NCBI GenBank assembly: GCA_951406725.2
Contig: OX597832.1
Span: 35,278,001 to 35,342,000 of the forward strand
Reading direction: 5' to 3'
DNA from: Octopus vulgaris
Taxonomy: Eukaryota
Length of the DNA stretch: 64,000 nucleotides
Part shown: one piece after another, positions 13,040 through 25,830 of the stretch
Layout: each line of letters opens with the position of its first letter
How positions within the stretch are numbered: position 1 is the first letter of the stretch
Notes under the pieces: model-generated
What the model was told of the DNA's origin: nothing
What the model saw: the letters and a program-made list of their open reading frames with translations, nothing else
Databases searched by the model: none
Position numbers and translations under genes: made by a program

Positions 13040-14760
13040 TACCACAAAAGACGTTGACTACTGTGCGAGGGGTGGTGGTGGTGGAATGAGTGTCACTAGG
13101 AGGATGAAGAACAATATTTAATATAGTCCATTATCATGAACATTGGCTTGAGAGGTGAAGGACTTATTTAAAGTTGTTTGTTTTTCATGATACATCACTT
13201 TATACAGCACAGTATAGGAACTGAGATCCTTGTAAATTCCTCTTGTAATTTTTATGTAATGTTCACAATTAGCATCATTATCAGACAAACCTGCATACCT
13301 TCCTCTAAAAGTGCCAACTCTTTAACAATAATTTTTATAGTCAATTTAAGTAGTATATGAGGAACTTCAATTGTTTCATCTATATTCTCAGCTTGTTCTT
13401 TTTTTAAGAGCATCAGCTCCTCATTAGATAAACTTTCTTGATGGGACACTCAATCACATCATCCTCTTTGACTTAAAACCATATATCCTTTGTAAGTGCC
13501 ACAATATCTTTCTGAATTTGATGTAGACTTTCTGCTTGACCCTTGTTATGTCACAGTCTGCCCCCATGTTTTTTCACTTCTTCCCATCACTCAGCTATAT
13601 TATCCACAGAATCCATTACATTGAATTTCTTTCAGAAATCTCTAACTGTAGGTTTACTCTTCCTGTCAATTGCTTTCATAAGTTATTTGAAAGATCTTCT
13701 CATTTAATATGCTTCTAAGTTAGCTATCACACCTTGATCCATTGGCTGGAGCAAAGAAGTATTCTTGGGGATATATTCTACAGTCACATTATCAGAAAGG
13801 TCATCTAAGTTCACTGGGTGACTTGGGGCATTGTTTAAAAGCAGCAATGCTTTGCTGGAAATATTGTCTGGTATTGTACCTTTCTACTATATGACAAAAA
13901 AAAAACAAAACATTTGTAAACCACTCTTTGCAAAGGCTCTCAGTCATTCATGCCTTATTTGAATGCCAAATCAGAGGTAGATTAAATTTGATGTAACCAT
14001 TGTTTTTAAGAGTGATACATGAGTAAGGGCTTTAATTTCATATCAGCAGCAGCATTTCCTCCCAAAAGAAGTGTCAGATGATATTTGGAACCTTTAAATC
14101 CTGGTATTGAATTTTCTTCTTGAGAAATAAAAGTTCTACCAGGCATGCACATCCAGGAATGTGCAGTTTCATTAATGTTGCATATTTGCTTTGGTGTGCA
14201 GCCCCTTTTAGCAATCATTTTCTTCAAGTGTGCAAGATAGCTAGTAGCAGCCTCTATATCAGTACTTGCAGTTTCATCAGTCATTTTTATGTTGTGCAAA
14301 TTCATGTACTTCAAATCAGTCTTGACTAGCCAAAAAGGGTTTTTCATTAGAAGTTTCACCTTTTTCCTGCAAATCATCATATAAACTTTTGGCTTTTTTT
14401 CAATTTACCATCATGTTTACTGCCACATTTTGCTGATTCTAATCTTTGATCTATATACTCAAGAGTCGTTCCATTTTAAGCATTACATTAGATCTATGGA
14501 AAAAATAAGGCCCAGACAGTTAACAGAGTAGCTTCTTGAGCACTTGACATAATTTTCTCTTTGAGGTAACATATTGTTCTAACTGTAAATATTGTAAGAT
14601 TTAATACTTTGGTAATATAACTTAGTTCATCTTCTGCATCAAGTTTTTTTAAAACATTAAGTTTAATACCCAGTGTAATCTGTTTACAGTTCCTTTTCAT
14701 GCTATTGCCTTCAATTCTATTTGAGAGATTCTTTCCAGACAGCTTCAACTGTAGCTAAAT
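13040..14760 (-). mobile_element. Tigger/pogo-family DNA transposon, decayed
   Basis: HTH-psq-like KRNCKQITLGIKLNVLKKLD, and DDE_1-like QICNINETAHSWMCMPGRTFISQEENSIPGFKGSKYHLTLLLGGNAAADMKLKPLLMYHS. Confidence 0.92.
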
Positions 14761-14988
14761 CCAACAGTAGTGGAAATTAATGATCAACAAATATGAAGTA
14801 AAAAAAAATTGCCCAGGATCGATCTGTGTTGTGAGAGTAGAAAATTGTCTGATTCCTTATGGATGTAATAATGAAAATGTGATGGAGTGAGGAAGAGAAA
14901 GTACCATATAATTACCGTTAGCTGAAGAGTCACCAGATTTTAGAAGTAATTCACCACTTGCACTTCTGACATAAGACATAAACACACT

Positions 14989-15020
<32 letters not shown>

Positions 15021-16147
15021 TTGACATACATGCTGATAGCTGTTAAAGCCAGTTGGATTCCATAGTTGGTGGGTTGATACGGTGATGATGTGGGTTGCAT
15101 AGGTTTAGATATTTGTTAAGTGAGCAAGTGTTGGTGGTCATATTGTTCTTGCTAGATGTATTGCTGTGCCTGTTTAGAACTAAGATCAAAGGCATTCCAT
15201 TCAACTTTTAAAATAGATTAGGATACCACATTATTTTCATTTGAATTGGATTTGCTTAATTTCTTCATATTGTACATTAGTGTTACTGTTGGTGGGTTGT
15301 GTTGAAGATAGAAACACACACACACTCACATTATGTACATTACACATCTGTATATGTGTGTGTGTATGTATGTGATGTGATGATAATTTTTCAAATCGTT
15401 AACTATATACTTTGATCTTAACTAAAACATAAGTGGCCATTGAGCTAAGAAGAAAGTGTAATCCTAAATTAATAATTTAAAACTATGCAATCCAAGTTTC
15501 TGTAAGAGTGAAGTTACAGACTGTATCCTGAAATTATTAGTCATACTTTACAATTTCCATAAGCACACAATCCCATAACCTGTGGTAGCTGTAATGTAGG
15601 GGATGCCTGCATTTTTTATTGATAAGTCAATAACAGTTCCCCATGACAGAGAAATAAGTAAAAATGGGAACTTATTCAATCTGTCACCTATGAAGCTACA
15701 ACAGGATTTGAACTCAAAATATAAAGAGTGAGAATAAATACTACAAGGCATTCTGTGTGATGCTGTAAAAATTCTTCCTTTTCACTGCCTTGACTGGTAC
15801 CTTGGAAGGATAAGGCAAAGTGGACTTCAATAGAATCTGACTCTAGAATGTAAGAAACCCAAAATAAATCCTAAAAACTGTTACATATGTTGCTCTGATA
15901 ACTGCCAATTTCTTGTCTTAAATGAAGAATCAGTTGATGAAAATGAGATTGAATATGATTCCTACACTGCAACAAGAAGTCATAAAAATTTCTTCTGTAT
16001 CAGTTTTAAATTGTTATAATACAGTTCTGCATCTAAAAATGTAGCTGTAAAATTATAATTTTGGCTTAAAACCTATTTTTATTAATAGTAAATAAAATGA
16101 GTAAATATGCCATTATAAATATATCAGTTTTCACTCAATGTGTAGAG

Positions 16148-17700
16148 AAGTGGTTTCCAAACTCTTTTGGCACACTCCTACCCCCCCCCCATCACCACAA
16201 ACATAGATCGTTTTCTGCTGCAAATTCAAAACAACTGTTATTTCACAAATAAAACTTAACCTAATTAACCCATTATTTTGCTGCTTTTACAATATGAAAG
16301 ACTAAATTTACATCCCACCTGTAACTATGTTGTCTTCCTATTTTTAATGCGATGGAGGTACATTGAGCAGGGATATCAGTTTCACGACATCTGGATGAAA
16401 GGTATTCAGGTGTAGTCTTAGCTTCCCACAATTATTTATAATAATTTTCACTCTGTTTCTTTGCTTAAAAAAATCTGGCAACTGCACTCAACCCTCACTC
16501 AATAAGCTTGGGAAGGCAACAAAGTCCATCTTGACTTCATTCCACAGTGCAAGGTAGCAGCCAGAAAGGCCTTTTTGCAATCAAAAATCCTGACATGATT
16601 TTTTTTTTTTAAACTTTGGCCTCAACTCAATGTCATTTTAAAGTGAAGCCAGTTCTTCCTTCACTATTCTTCTTTCCTCATCACTGATATTTAGGAATCA
16701 CCCAGACTGCTATTTTAATCAAAAATAAATATTTGAAATCTATCAGACATGTCCGTCCCTGGGCAGCTCATTCAGGTGTGAATACTACACATGAATGTCA
16801 TCCTCAGGTATGCATTTTTCCTTCTCCATTTCAGAGAGACTCAGAAACTGGAAGAACTAACGATGGCTTACGTAAAATTTGAATAGCTTTTATTCGAACA
16901 GAAACATGGAGAAGGCTGCTTTTATTCGAATAAGATTTAACCTCATTTCCTTGCAGCTGCATACTAACTTCATTGAACTTTGTGAATATATTTGCCATAT
17001 AAGCAATATTTCTTGGTTCATCACAAGAATAAGAGTCTTGCAAGAATTCAAGAACTGTTTTAAAAAGGGAAAAACAACTTTCAGGCAGTTCCTTTGACAG
17101 ACATTAAACTTCTATGTGCAATAACAACTGTTTCTATTCTCAGTACGGAGGTGTAGAAACGGTGGGGAATGGTGGGCATGGTGCCTTGGTTTTACTGCTG
17201 TGATAAAAGTGCTCATTGACTTGTTAAGTCTACCACTTAGGTTATTTGCAACTAGATGCTGCCTGTGGATTAAAAGGGTGCAGCAAACAGGGTAAGTATA
17301 ACTATTTCAATAAATGGATGAAGCTGCAATGACAACCTACCATCAATAGTTTCCCATCTATTACATCAACACACAAAATACTCACTCCTCGCTTGAATCT
17401 GTTTCTAGTTGTATTACAAATACCAGCTCTTAACTAAACGTTAATCACTGACGAAGCAAACACAAGGAAAAGAAAACATACTTTTATTGCTTAGCAAAGG
17501 AGACTGATCGAACTGTAAGAGAAGTCTGGATCTTCTAAGTATGCTGCACAATGTTGTAGTATTCCACATTTTTAGAGAAAAAGATTCATACTTCCATTTC
17601 TTCATTTCAATTTTCATGATTAAAATATCAAAGAAAAAAAGAAAAAACAAAAACAGAAACCCCAATTTATGTATGATGGCTGTTCCAAAAGTTTTTTTCC
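16148..17700 (-). mobile_element. hAT (Buster/Charlie, ZBED5-like) transposon remnant
   Basis: IAYMANIFTKFNEVSMQLQG motif; TIR-like agtggtttccaaact at about 16149. Confidence 0.75.
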
Positions 17701-18214
17701 ATAAAGAATACAGATTGTAGGTGATTCAAAATGTGGAATACTACATGACAAAAGAAAAGGTGGTTAAACAAAAGCATGAATTGAAAGTTGTAAAGAAAGT
17801 CTGCCTGCGAGTGTTTTGAAATGTGGAATACTATAAAATATAGATATGTATATGAATATACATAGATTTTGCATATAAAATTAGTGTACATTTAAACACA
17901 AAAGAGGTGACTCTAACAGGATACCTTACACACTAGAAGGAACCATCAAAGTCCAAACCACCTTTAAGAGCAATTTCGAAGGGAATAAAAAATAAACATA
18001 TTTACATATTTTGTCACCAGACCTAGGTTTGAACTTTAACAAATAAAATAATTTGCTAAGTGAAGTTCTCATCAGCAGTTATGCCAAAAATTAACATAAT
18101 TATGAGACAAAATAGCATATCTCATCTTTATATATGATAATTTTTCCACCAGTATATGAGAAAACTGGAAAAGGTACCTAGACGATTGTTTTATCATCTG
18201 TAATGAAATCTATA

Positions 18215-19230
18215 ATAAACTCTTGGATTTCAAATCCACACTGAACAATATAAACTCCAATATTCAATTTACAATGAAATATAGCAAGGAACAGCTCCCA
18301 TTTCTGGACATTTTGATTATAAAAAAAATCCAACAACCAAATTGCAACTGACATCTACAACAAACCAACAGACTCAAAACAGTATCTCCTTTCCAGTTCA
18401 TTCCATCCCAAACACACCAAAATAAATATCCCATTCAATCTAGCAAAACAGATCTGTATAATTGTATCTGACAACCATTCTAGAACTTCGCCTACAAGAC
18501 CTCAAAATAACACTCACTGAAATAATACTCACCCACACTTATAGACCATGGAATTAAATGTGCCAAGAAATTGGACACAAACACACTAAGGACAACAAAA
18601 CAAAACACCACACCTCACTTTAAATCACTCCCATACATATCAACCTACAACCCCAGAAACAATGAAGCATACAACACAATTATACAAAATCTCCCTCTGC
18701 TCACTCAAGACCCAAAAATTAACAACATCCTAAATACACACAAACTCCTCAAATGCAAAAGACAACACAAATCACTCAAGAGACTCCTAACAAAGGCAAA
18801 ACTATAATCAATACCAACAGTTAAAAAATGCAGACAACCTAATTGGGGTACATGCCCATACCTAACTGAAGGCTTGGAATTCACATTCCAGCAAGGAGAA
18901 GAATTCTCAATTAAGATCAACTTCATATGTGCTTCCCAAAACCTTATCTATGTCCTTACCAGCTCAGGTTGTGGCCACAATTATGTGGGCAAAACGGGCC
19001 TTACTTTGAGATGCAGAGTCACACTGCATAGAGAACAGATTCGTTTTCTTTAATATAGGCAGATAGCTCTGAGCGAACATATCAATAGATACGCAAGAAA
19101 TAAAATGTTGAATTTCCAAATCTTTCCATTAAACAAATGCAATGATGCAATTTCCTTAGAAGAAAAACTTGTTCATATAAAAGTACAGACCACACCTTAA
19201 TATGCAAACTTGACCACTTCAAAAATTATA
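18215..19230 (+). mobile_element. Penelope-like element: RT thumb and GIY-YIG endonuclease, 5'-truncated and decayed
   Basis: LNNINSNIQFTMKYSKEQLPFLDILI, DIYNKPTDSKQYL, HPKHTKINIPF, YISTYNP and CASQNLIYVLTSSGCGHNYVGKTG motifs. Confidence 0.9.
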
Positions 19231-19257
19231 CTACTATATATATATATATATATACGT

Positions 19258-19509
19258 GGAGGCGCAATGGCCTAGTGGTTAGGGCAGCGGACTCGCGGTT
19301 TCAATTCCCAGACCGGCCGTTGTGAGTGTTTATTGAGCGAAAACACCTAAAAGCTCCACGAGGCTCCAGCAGGGGGTGGTGATCCCTGCTGTACTCTTTC
19401 ACCACTCTTTCTTCTGTTGGCCTGCTCGCTTAGCCAGCGGGGTGGCGTCATTGTGACCAGCGATGTGTAGCAACATCTGATGGTCTGGTCGGTCACGTGA
19501 TCACGTGAT
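19258..19509 (+). mobile_element. tRNA-derived SINE inserted in (TA)n
   Basis: Pol III A box TGGCCTAGTGG (19268-19278) and B-box-like GTTTCAATTCC (19298-19308), followed by a non-tRNA body; CpG-rich, so probably young. Confidence 0.8.
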
Positions 19510-19692
19510 ATATAATATATATATATATTATATATATGGTCAAGTTTGCATATTAAGGTGTGGTCTGTACTTTTATATGAACAAGCTTTTCTTCTAAGGA
19601 AATCGCATTTGTTTAATGGAAAGATATGGAAATTCAACATTTTATATATAATATATTATATATATATATAATATATATAATATATTATATAC

Positions 19693-20101
19693 TCTTTACT
19701 CTTTTACTTGTTTCAGTCATTTGACTGCGGCCATGCTGGAGCATCGCCTTTAATCGACCAACTCGACCCCGGGACTTATTCTTTGTAAGCCCAGTACTTA
19801 TTCTATTGGTCTCTTTTGCCGAACCGCTAAGTGATGGAGACATAAACACACCAGCATCGGTTGTCAAGCAATGCTAGGGAGTCAAACACAGACACACAAA
19901 CATACACGCACACATATATATATATATATACATATATACAACGGGCTTCTTTCAGTTTCCGTCTACCAAATCCACTTGCAAGGCTTTGGTCAGCCCGAGG
20001 CTATAGTAGAAGACACTAGCCCAAGGTGCCACACAGTGGGACTGAACCTGGAACCATGTGGTTGGTAAGCAAGCTACTTACCACACAGCCACTCCTGCGC
20101 C
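19693..20101 (-). mobile_element. Full-length tRNA-derived SINE (second family)
   Basis: Minus-strand head ggcgcaggagtggctgtgtggtaag...ggttcagtccc with A/B boxes, an internal microsatellite and a short repetitive tail; several other copies in the window. Confidence 0.9.
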
Positions 20102-20319
20102 TATATATTATATATTATATAAATTGAGATAGGGGTTGTGAGTGCAACCCACCATGGGATAACATATATCCTATATACTACCATGTATCATATTACTCAT
20201 TGATGTGCAATGTTTTGTTTTGTATTATTGTGTTTGACATTGATGTTCATATGTAGTTGGTTAATAAATTATGGTAGTTGATTATTGATTAAGGTATATT
20301 CCTCCATTTTCTTATTTTG

Positions 20320-20376
<57 letters not shown>

Positions 20377-20442
20377 TATATAGGTAAAAACAGTAAGATA
20401 GAGGAATTTATCTGTGAAATAATATGTGACAATTAATCAGTA

Positions 20443-20512
20443 GCCAAGATAAAACTCTGAGTTTCGGATGCCAAGGTGGAAATCCACACCACCATATCTT
20501 CGGTAATCTGGC
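20443..20512 (-). ncRNA. Degenerate type I hammerhead-ribozyme-like motif, probably from a Penelope pLTR
   Basis: Minus strand reads GCCAGAUUA-CCGAAGA-[stem II with GUGGA/UCCAC]-GAAA-CUCAGAG-UU-UUAUCUUGGC, giving stem I, core boxes and a short palindromic stem III. Confidence 0.55.
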
Positions 20513-20765
20513 CATCTGAAAAACGCTATGAAAAAAGACCGTTATACAAAGGGAAATTACTGTGTTATAGACCGTTAATTATACAAATGCGCAAATTCGA
20601 AAAACTGCTAATTAAGATAAGGTTAAAAGTTCATAATAAACACGTAAGTATGCCTGTTCATACGTACAAATGTGCGCTCGCGCACCACGTGTGTACGCAT
20701 ACATCACTATGAAAACGTATACATCTTCACTCGCATTTTTCACCAAATGTATATGCATATATATA

Positions 20766-21622
20766 CAGGGTCAGGCAAAATGATCTGACACATTTGTAGG
20801 TTAAATAAAAGGCAAATGAAGTAAAGAAACAAAAAAGTGTTTTTATTTTTGAAAAGTACATATAATGCTATTTTGTTTTGTTTCTTTATAATGCCATTGT
20901 TTTTCGTTTCTTTTTCAGTTGCTGCCATGAATTGGACTGGTGAGCATCACGCTTTCATTGTGGAAACGTTTATCAAAACAAACGATTCTGTAACTGCAAC
21001 ACAAAGAGCGTTCCGTTTGCACTTCAATCTTGGTTGACATGATCCTGTACCAGCTCGAAACACGATCTTGTTATGGGTTACCAACTTCAGAGCTACTGGA
21101 TCTGCATTGAAACGAAAATCAACTGGCCGACCTCGCACCGCCAGAACTCCAGAAAATGTGGCAGCGGTAAGAGCTTCAGTTCAACAGTCTCCACGCCGTT
21201 CCACATTTAAACGCGCCCAGGCTCTTAGACTTTCCGAAAGAAGCTTACGAAGAATTATTCACAATGATCTTCAATGATCTTCACCTGATTTAAATCCGTG
21301 CGATTTTTTCTCTGGGGATACCTCAAGTCAAAGGTATACATTAATCGCCCTCGATCTATTGAACAACTTAAAGATGCAATTCGTCAAGAAATTACTGCCA
21401 TTCCACATGAAATGACCCGCCGAGTTATTGACAACTTTCGTGAACGCCTTCGACAGTGTGTGGACAATAATGGATCCCATTTGACTGATTTAATTTTTAA
21501 AACATAATGAAACAAAATGGCATTATATGTACTTTTCAAAAATAAAAACACTTTTTTGTTTCTTTACTTCATTTGCCTTTTATTTAACCTACAAATGTGT
21601 CAGATCATTTTGCCTGACCCTG
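20766..21622 (+). mobile_element. Tc1/mariner-superfamily internal-deletion derivative, about 113-bp TIRs, TA TSD
   Basis: TA|CAGGGTCAGGCAAAATG...CATTTTGCCTGACCCTG|TA. N-terminal HTH with GRPR is joined directly to SPDLNPCDFFLWGYLKSKVY; the catalytic middle is missing. Confidence 0.95.
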
Positions 21623-21699
21623 TACAAACTCATACACACACACGCGCACCGTAAAAGTTCATACATACGTCTAGATACGCATAAGCACAAGAAAAAAAC

Positions 21700-22040
21700 A
21701 GTGCGGAGGGAACCTGTGGAAAAGGAAGATGTGGGATGAGCTGGTAAAGTATGATCTTCGGATGTTGAGTCTCATAGAGGCAATTACAAGTGACTGAGAC
21801 TTTTGATGATTTGCTGTGCTTGAAAAGACATCAGGCTCAGTGAAATCATAGTTGTGGTCAGTGCTGGTGACATGCAAAAGGAACCTGGTACACTCTGAGG
21901 AATGGCTGGCATCAGGAAAGGTATCCAGCAGTAGAAACCAAGCCAAAACAGACTGGAGCCTGATGCAGCTCTCTTGCTTATCAGTTCCAGTCAAATCATC
22001 TAAACATGGAAAATGGCTGTATGATGACGATGATGATGAC
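21700..22040 (+). mobile_element. RTE LINE 3' end, truncated
   Basis: EGTCGKG remnant, 3'UTR and (ATG)n tail matching 47150-47727. Confidence 0.8.
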
Positions 22041-22189
22041 TACACTCATTTACCAATGTGTGTTGCTCCCCAATCCATGAACTCATCTGCTCCTCACTCC
22101 CACCACCAACCTCATTGTTCAGATGCTTTGCATGCCCAACATCCATTTCCATCCCCAAATTCATAAACCTAATAGCTCATTTTTCTGCC

Positions 22190-22630
22190 AGTAACAGCCA
22201 CATCAAACTAATATCCAAGTATCTTTCATCTCAAGTTGCTTCCCTCTTGTTTCACATCTGTAACACTAACCACACCCTCCATCTTCAATTCTTTTCCCTT
22301 CCAATTTCCTCTTCACTGTGGGTATCAAATCTCTCTACCCTAATATCCTCCACATTAACTGTCCCCTAGCCTTTCAATACTTCTTTACCTCCAATACTCT
22401 CTGCCTGGCTGTACAAGTGTTCATTCTAAACTGTTTCTCTTTCAATGCCGAGGTAACTGGAATCACTATGGAGACAAGGATAGGACCTCGCTACACCAAC
22501 CTGTTTGTTAACTGTACCCAAAGCCCAAATTTTCTCAGTTTACTGGTGTACCCCAGAGCTATACAGACATTATAAAGATGACTGTATTGGTGCCATCTCC
22601 CTCTTTCACCATTCCCATGAATTCACCGCT
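22190..22630 (+). mobile_element. Penelope-like RT core fragment
   Basis: IKSLYPNI, LNCFSFN, GITMETRIGPRYTNLFV and YKDDCIG resemble PLE motifs DVxSLYTNI, GxAMGTxMGPxYANLF and YIDD. Confidence 0.75.
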
Positions 22631-23178
22631 ATCTTCTTGGAGGCAACTTCAGAAGTATTCAGCCAAAAGTAAAGCAGTGTACTTGGCTTTTGGAGACAGC
22701 CTTTTAGAGGGTCCCTCCTCCCTGATCTGGTGACCACTGTGGAAGCTTGGAGCAGATGAATGGCAGGTGAGAGTTAGTTAGCAATGAGTACAGCAACAAA
22801 CTGAGCAAGTAAGAGTTCACCAAGGCCTGAGTCTCAGTCTTCAACTATTTCTGATTGTCTTCCAGGCCATAACAGACGGGGTTAAGATTGCTTACCATGA
22901 AAATTTCTCTACATTCATGACTTTGTTCACATAGCTGAATATGTAGTAGAATTAGAAAAGAAATTCCAGGTATGGAAACAGAACTCAGAATCAAATGGCC
23001 TTAAACCAGAACAAGAGTGTTACTTTATTTATCAACCCCAAAAGGATGAAAGGCAAAGTTTATCTTGCTTGTATTTGAACTCAGAACAGAGCGAGCTGAA
23101 GTAAAAAAAAAACACAAGACACTGATGATCTAATGACTATAACACATGCATGTCTATATATGTGTACATGTATATATT

Positions 23179-23221
<43 letters not shown>

Positions 23222-23294
23222 AAACAGTCCTGGAAGGGCAGAAAGATTGGGTATTCCTTTGTAGCACTCAACCCACTATTGGATTCCAGTCAGT

Positions 23295-23500
23295 CATTAT
23301 CATTATAACATCTACCTTCCATGCTGGCATGAGTTGGATAGTCTGACAGGAGCTGACCAGGAAGAAGACTGCAGCAGACTTCTATGTCTGCTTTGGCATG
23401 GTTTTTATGGCTGGATGCCTTTCCAGATGGCAACCACTTTGCAGTGTGAACTGGATGCTTTTTACATGGCACCAGCATTGGCAGGATCACCAGATGACTT
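23295..23500 (-). mobile_element. RTE 3'-tail repeat
   Basis: Reverse complement of the 47560-47727 tail. Confidence 0.75.
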
Positions 23501-23633
23501 GCAAGATAGAGAATCTTTGAGAGGGGGGAGGGGGCATTGGGGGAGGTGATCTTGTGTCTGATGATGAAAGGAGGTTAGTGTGAGAGAGACAGAAACAGGT
23601 GTCTTGCTGTAGAAGAGGTACATGGGGTTACCT

Positions 23634-23691
<58 letters not shown>

Positions 23692-24085
23692 GGTAGGTGT
23701 GCTGCAGTAGAGGAGATACATGGTTACACAGCCAGAGGGAAGAGCAAGGGAAAGAGAGTGGAAGACAGCAGAGAGAGAGAGAGAGAGAGAGAGATGGTGG
23801 CAAAGAGCCAGGGTACACTCACAAGGAACAGGGATCAGAGCACAGATGGGATGATAGAATAAGGAAAGGAGAGATCATAATCTAAGTGGCAGAGTATTGT
23901 CGAGAAAAGTGTGAGTAGGGAATGGGGAATGGGGAATGCTGTGACTGGGGAGAAATAACAACAATACAATGAGCAGGGCAGTGAGGACAGGATTAGGAAG
24001 AAGGAGATAATCTTAGTTTCACAATAGTAACACTGTTGTGTGAGTTTAGCAAAGAATAAAATATAATACAAATAAGAAAACAAAG

Positions 24086-24764
24086 AAAGATTTTAAGATA
24101 TCGTTAATGACCAGTTACAATTATTTCTGTACCAACTCTGCTTCAATGCCAGTTCATGCAAAAGTTCCAGTAAACATTAGAGTGGCACTTCACACCTGCA
24201 GCAAAGGTGAATACCTACATTGTACATCTGCCAGGCTTTGTGTTTTGTTTATATTGAGAGGAAACAAGAAGTAAAGACAAAAAATGTAAATAGATTGTGA
24301 ACAGATGTAAAGGGCAGCAGGTACAGTATGATCAGGGGATAGAAAGCAGTTGAAGGATGATGAAGAAAAGGGAGAAGGAAGGAGGAGAAATAGAAGTGGG
24401 GGTGGGTGGGGAGAAGAAAAAGATGAGGGTCAAGTACTTCTTGTTCCTGTTCTTCTTCACCCCCTAACCTTATCTGCTTTGGTTTTGACACTCTACTTAC
24501 TCTGTCCATCTTTTCACAATCTATTAACATTTTTCTTCTTCATTTACTCATTGTTTCCTCCTGATATAAGCAAAGCACAAAACTTGGCAGATGCACAATG
24601 TAAGAGTGCACTTTCGATGCAGGCTTGATGAAGTGCTACTCTAATGTTTACAATCATAAATATTACTTAAGTTTTCAATGGGACGTTTTGCATGAACTGG
24701 CATTGAAAGTAGAATTGGCACAGAAACAATTGTAATGGGTCATTAAAGATGGATTAAAATCTTT
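24086..24764. mobile_element. Foldback/MITE-like element with long imperfect inverted arms
   Basis: 24086-~24320 is an imperfect reverse complement of ~24495-24764, for example ttcaatgccagttcatgcaaaa / ttttgcatgaactggcattgaa. Confidence 0.85.
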
Positions 24765-24779
24765 GTCTTCTCACTTAGG

Positions 24780-24818
<39 letters not shown>

Positions 24819-25544
24819 TGTGTATGCTTGCCTTTCACAGATGTTTGAAGATACAAACATTGGCAAAAAGATGTCTGAACTGTTGCTTCTGAAATCAAAT
24901 CCCTTGTGGTATGTGTGCTACTCTTTCACTTTACACTGTCTTCCTACATTTTTTACTTCATCCTTCAGTTGCTGATTTCTGTCATGGAAACCAGAAGTAG
25001 CAAAGGAAAAAAAAAAAAACACTTGAAATTTGATATCAATGATAGAAAAAGTACTCGGCTTACAAAGAATCTTTTTGTTTTTCTAATTAGGTTTAAATGC
25101 TTATTTTGCTTATGGCTATTTTGAAAGTAAACAGATACAAACATCAGTAGAAGGGAAAGTGGATATGATAGTTAGGTAAACAGACAGACAGACATGTAGG
25201 TAGGTAGATGAGTCTACAGATATATCTATAGTTATGCAAATAGAAAAATATATATCAATGGATATATGAAGAGATAGATAGCTGAAGTGAATTGAAAAGA
25301 AATGAAAATATCTAAAATGCTAAATAACTTGGACTGAGCTTTCTTAGTGTTTGGACCGAAAAAAAGTGTAGTTTGTTTACTTATTCTCATTTTTAAAAAT
25401 TTCCTTACTTAATGCAGTTAGCATCTGTTGAACCAAGACATTTCTAAAATATGGACAATGATATATGACAATAGCTAACAAGAGAAAGAATGAAAGGGAT
25501 TATTTTTCAAAAAGAGAACTAATTAAAAATAAACATGTACTGAA

Positions 25545-25830
25545 GGGTCTTGCTGCTTTGATTTCACTGGGTACAACACCAACTGCCCTTGGTGCCTGGG
25601 CTGTTTCTCAGTGCAAGAACAGCTGCCAGTTGTACATGTACTAAGTTTTTGCATAAGCTACTTCCCAGGTTTTCAAGCCCCATTTGGCTGGTTTTGCTGA
25701 CATGTAAGCCTGTTCTTCTTTCGAAAGGAATCCTACTTTCATCCACTGAAAGTTTCTTTCCCGAATGAATGTATTTCTGCCAAAGCAGAGTGTGCAGCAG
25801 ATTACGATGCTTTGCATGGAGCTAATCTTC
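25545..25830 (-). mobile_element. piggyBac transposase fragment
   Basis: LSVDESRIPFERR motif; nearly identical to 27786-28020. Confidence 0.85.

Noticed and set aside
19258-19320. Possible tRNA gene
   Set aside because: A and B boxes are present, but there is no complete cloverleaf and it continues into a SINE body.
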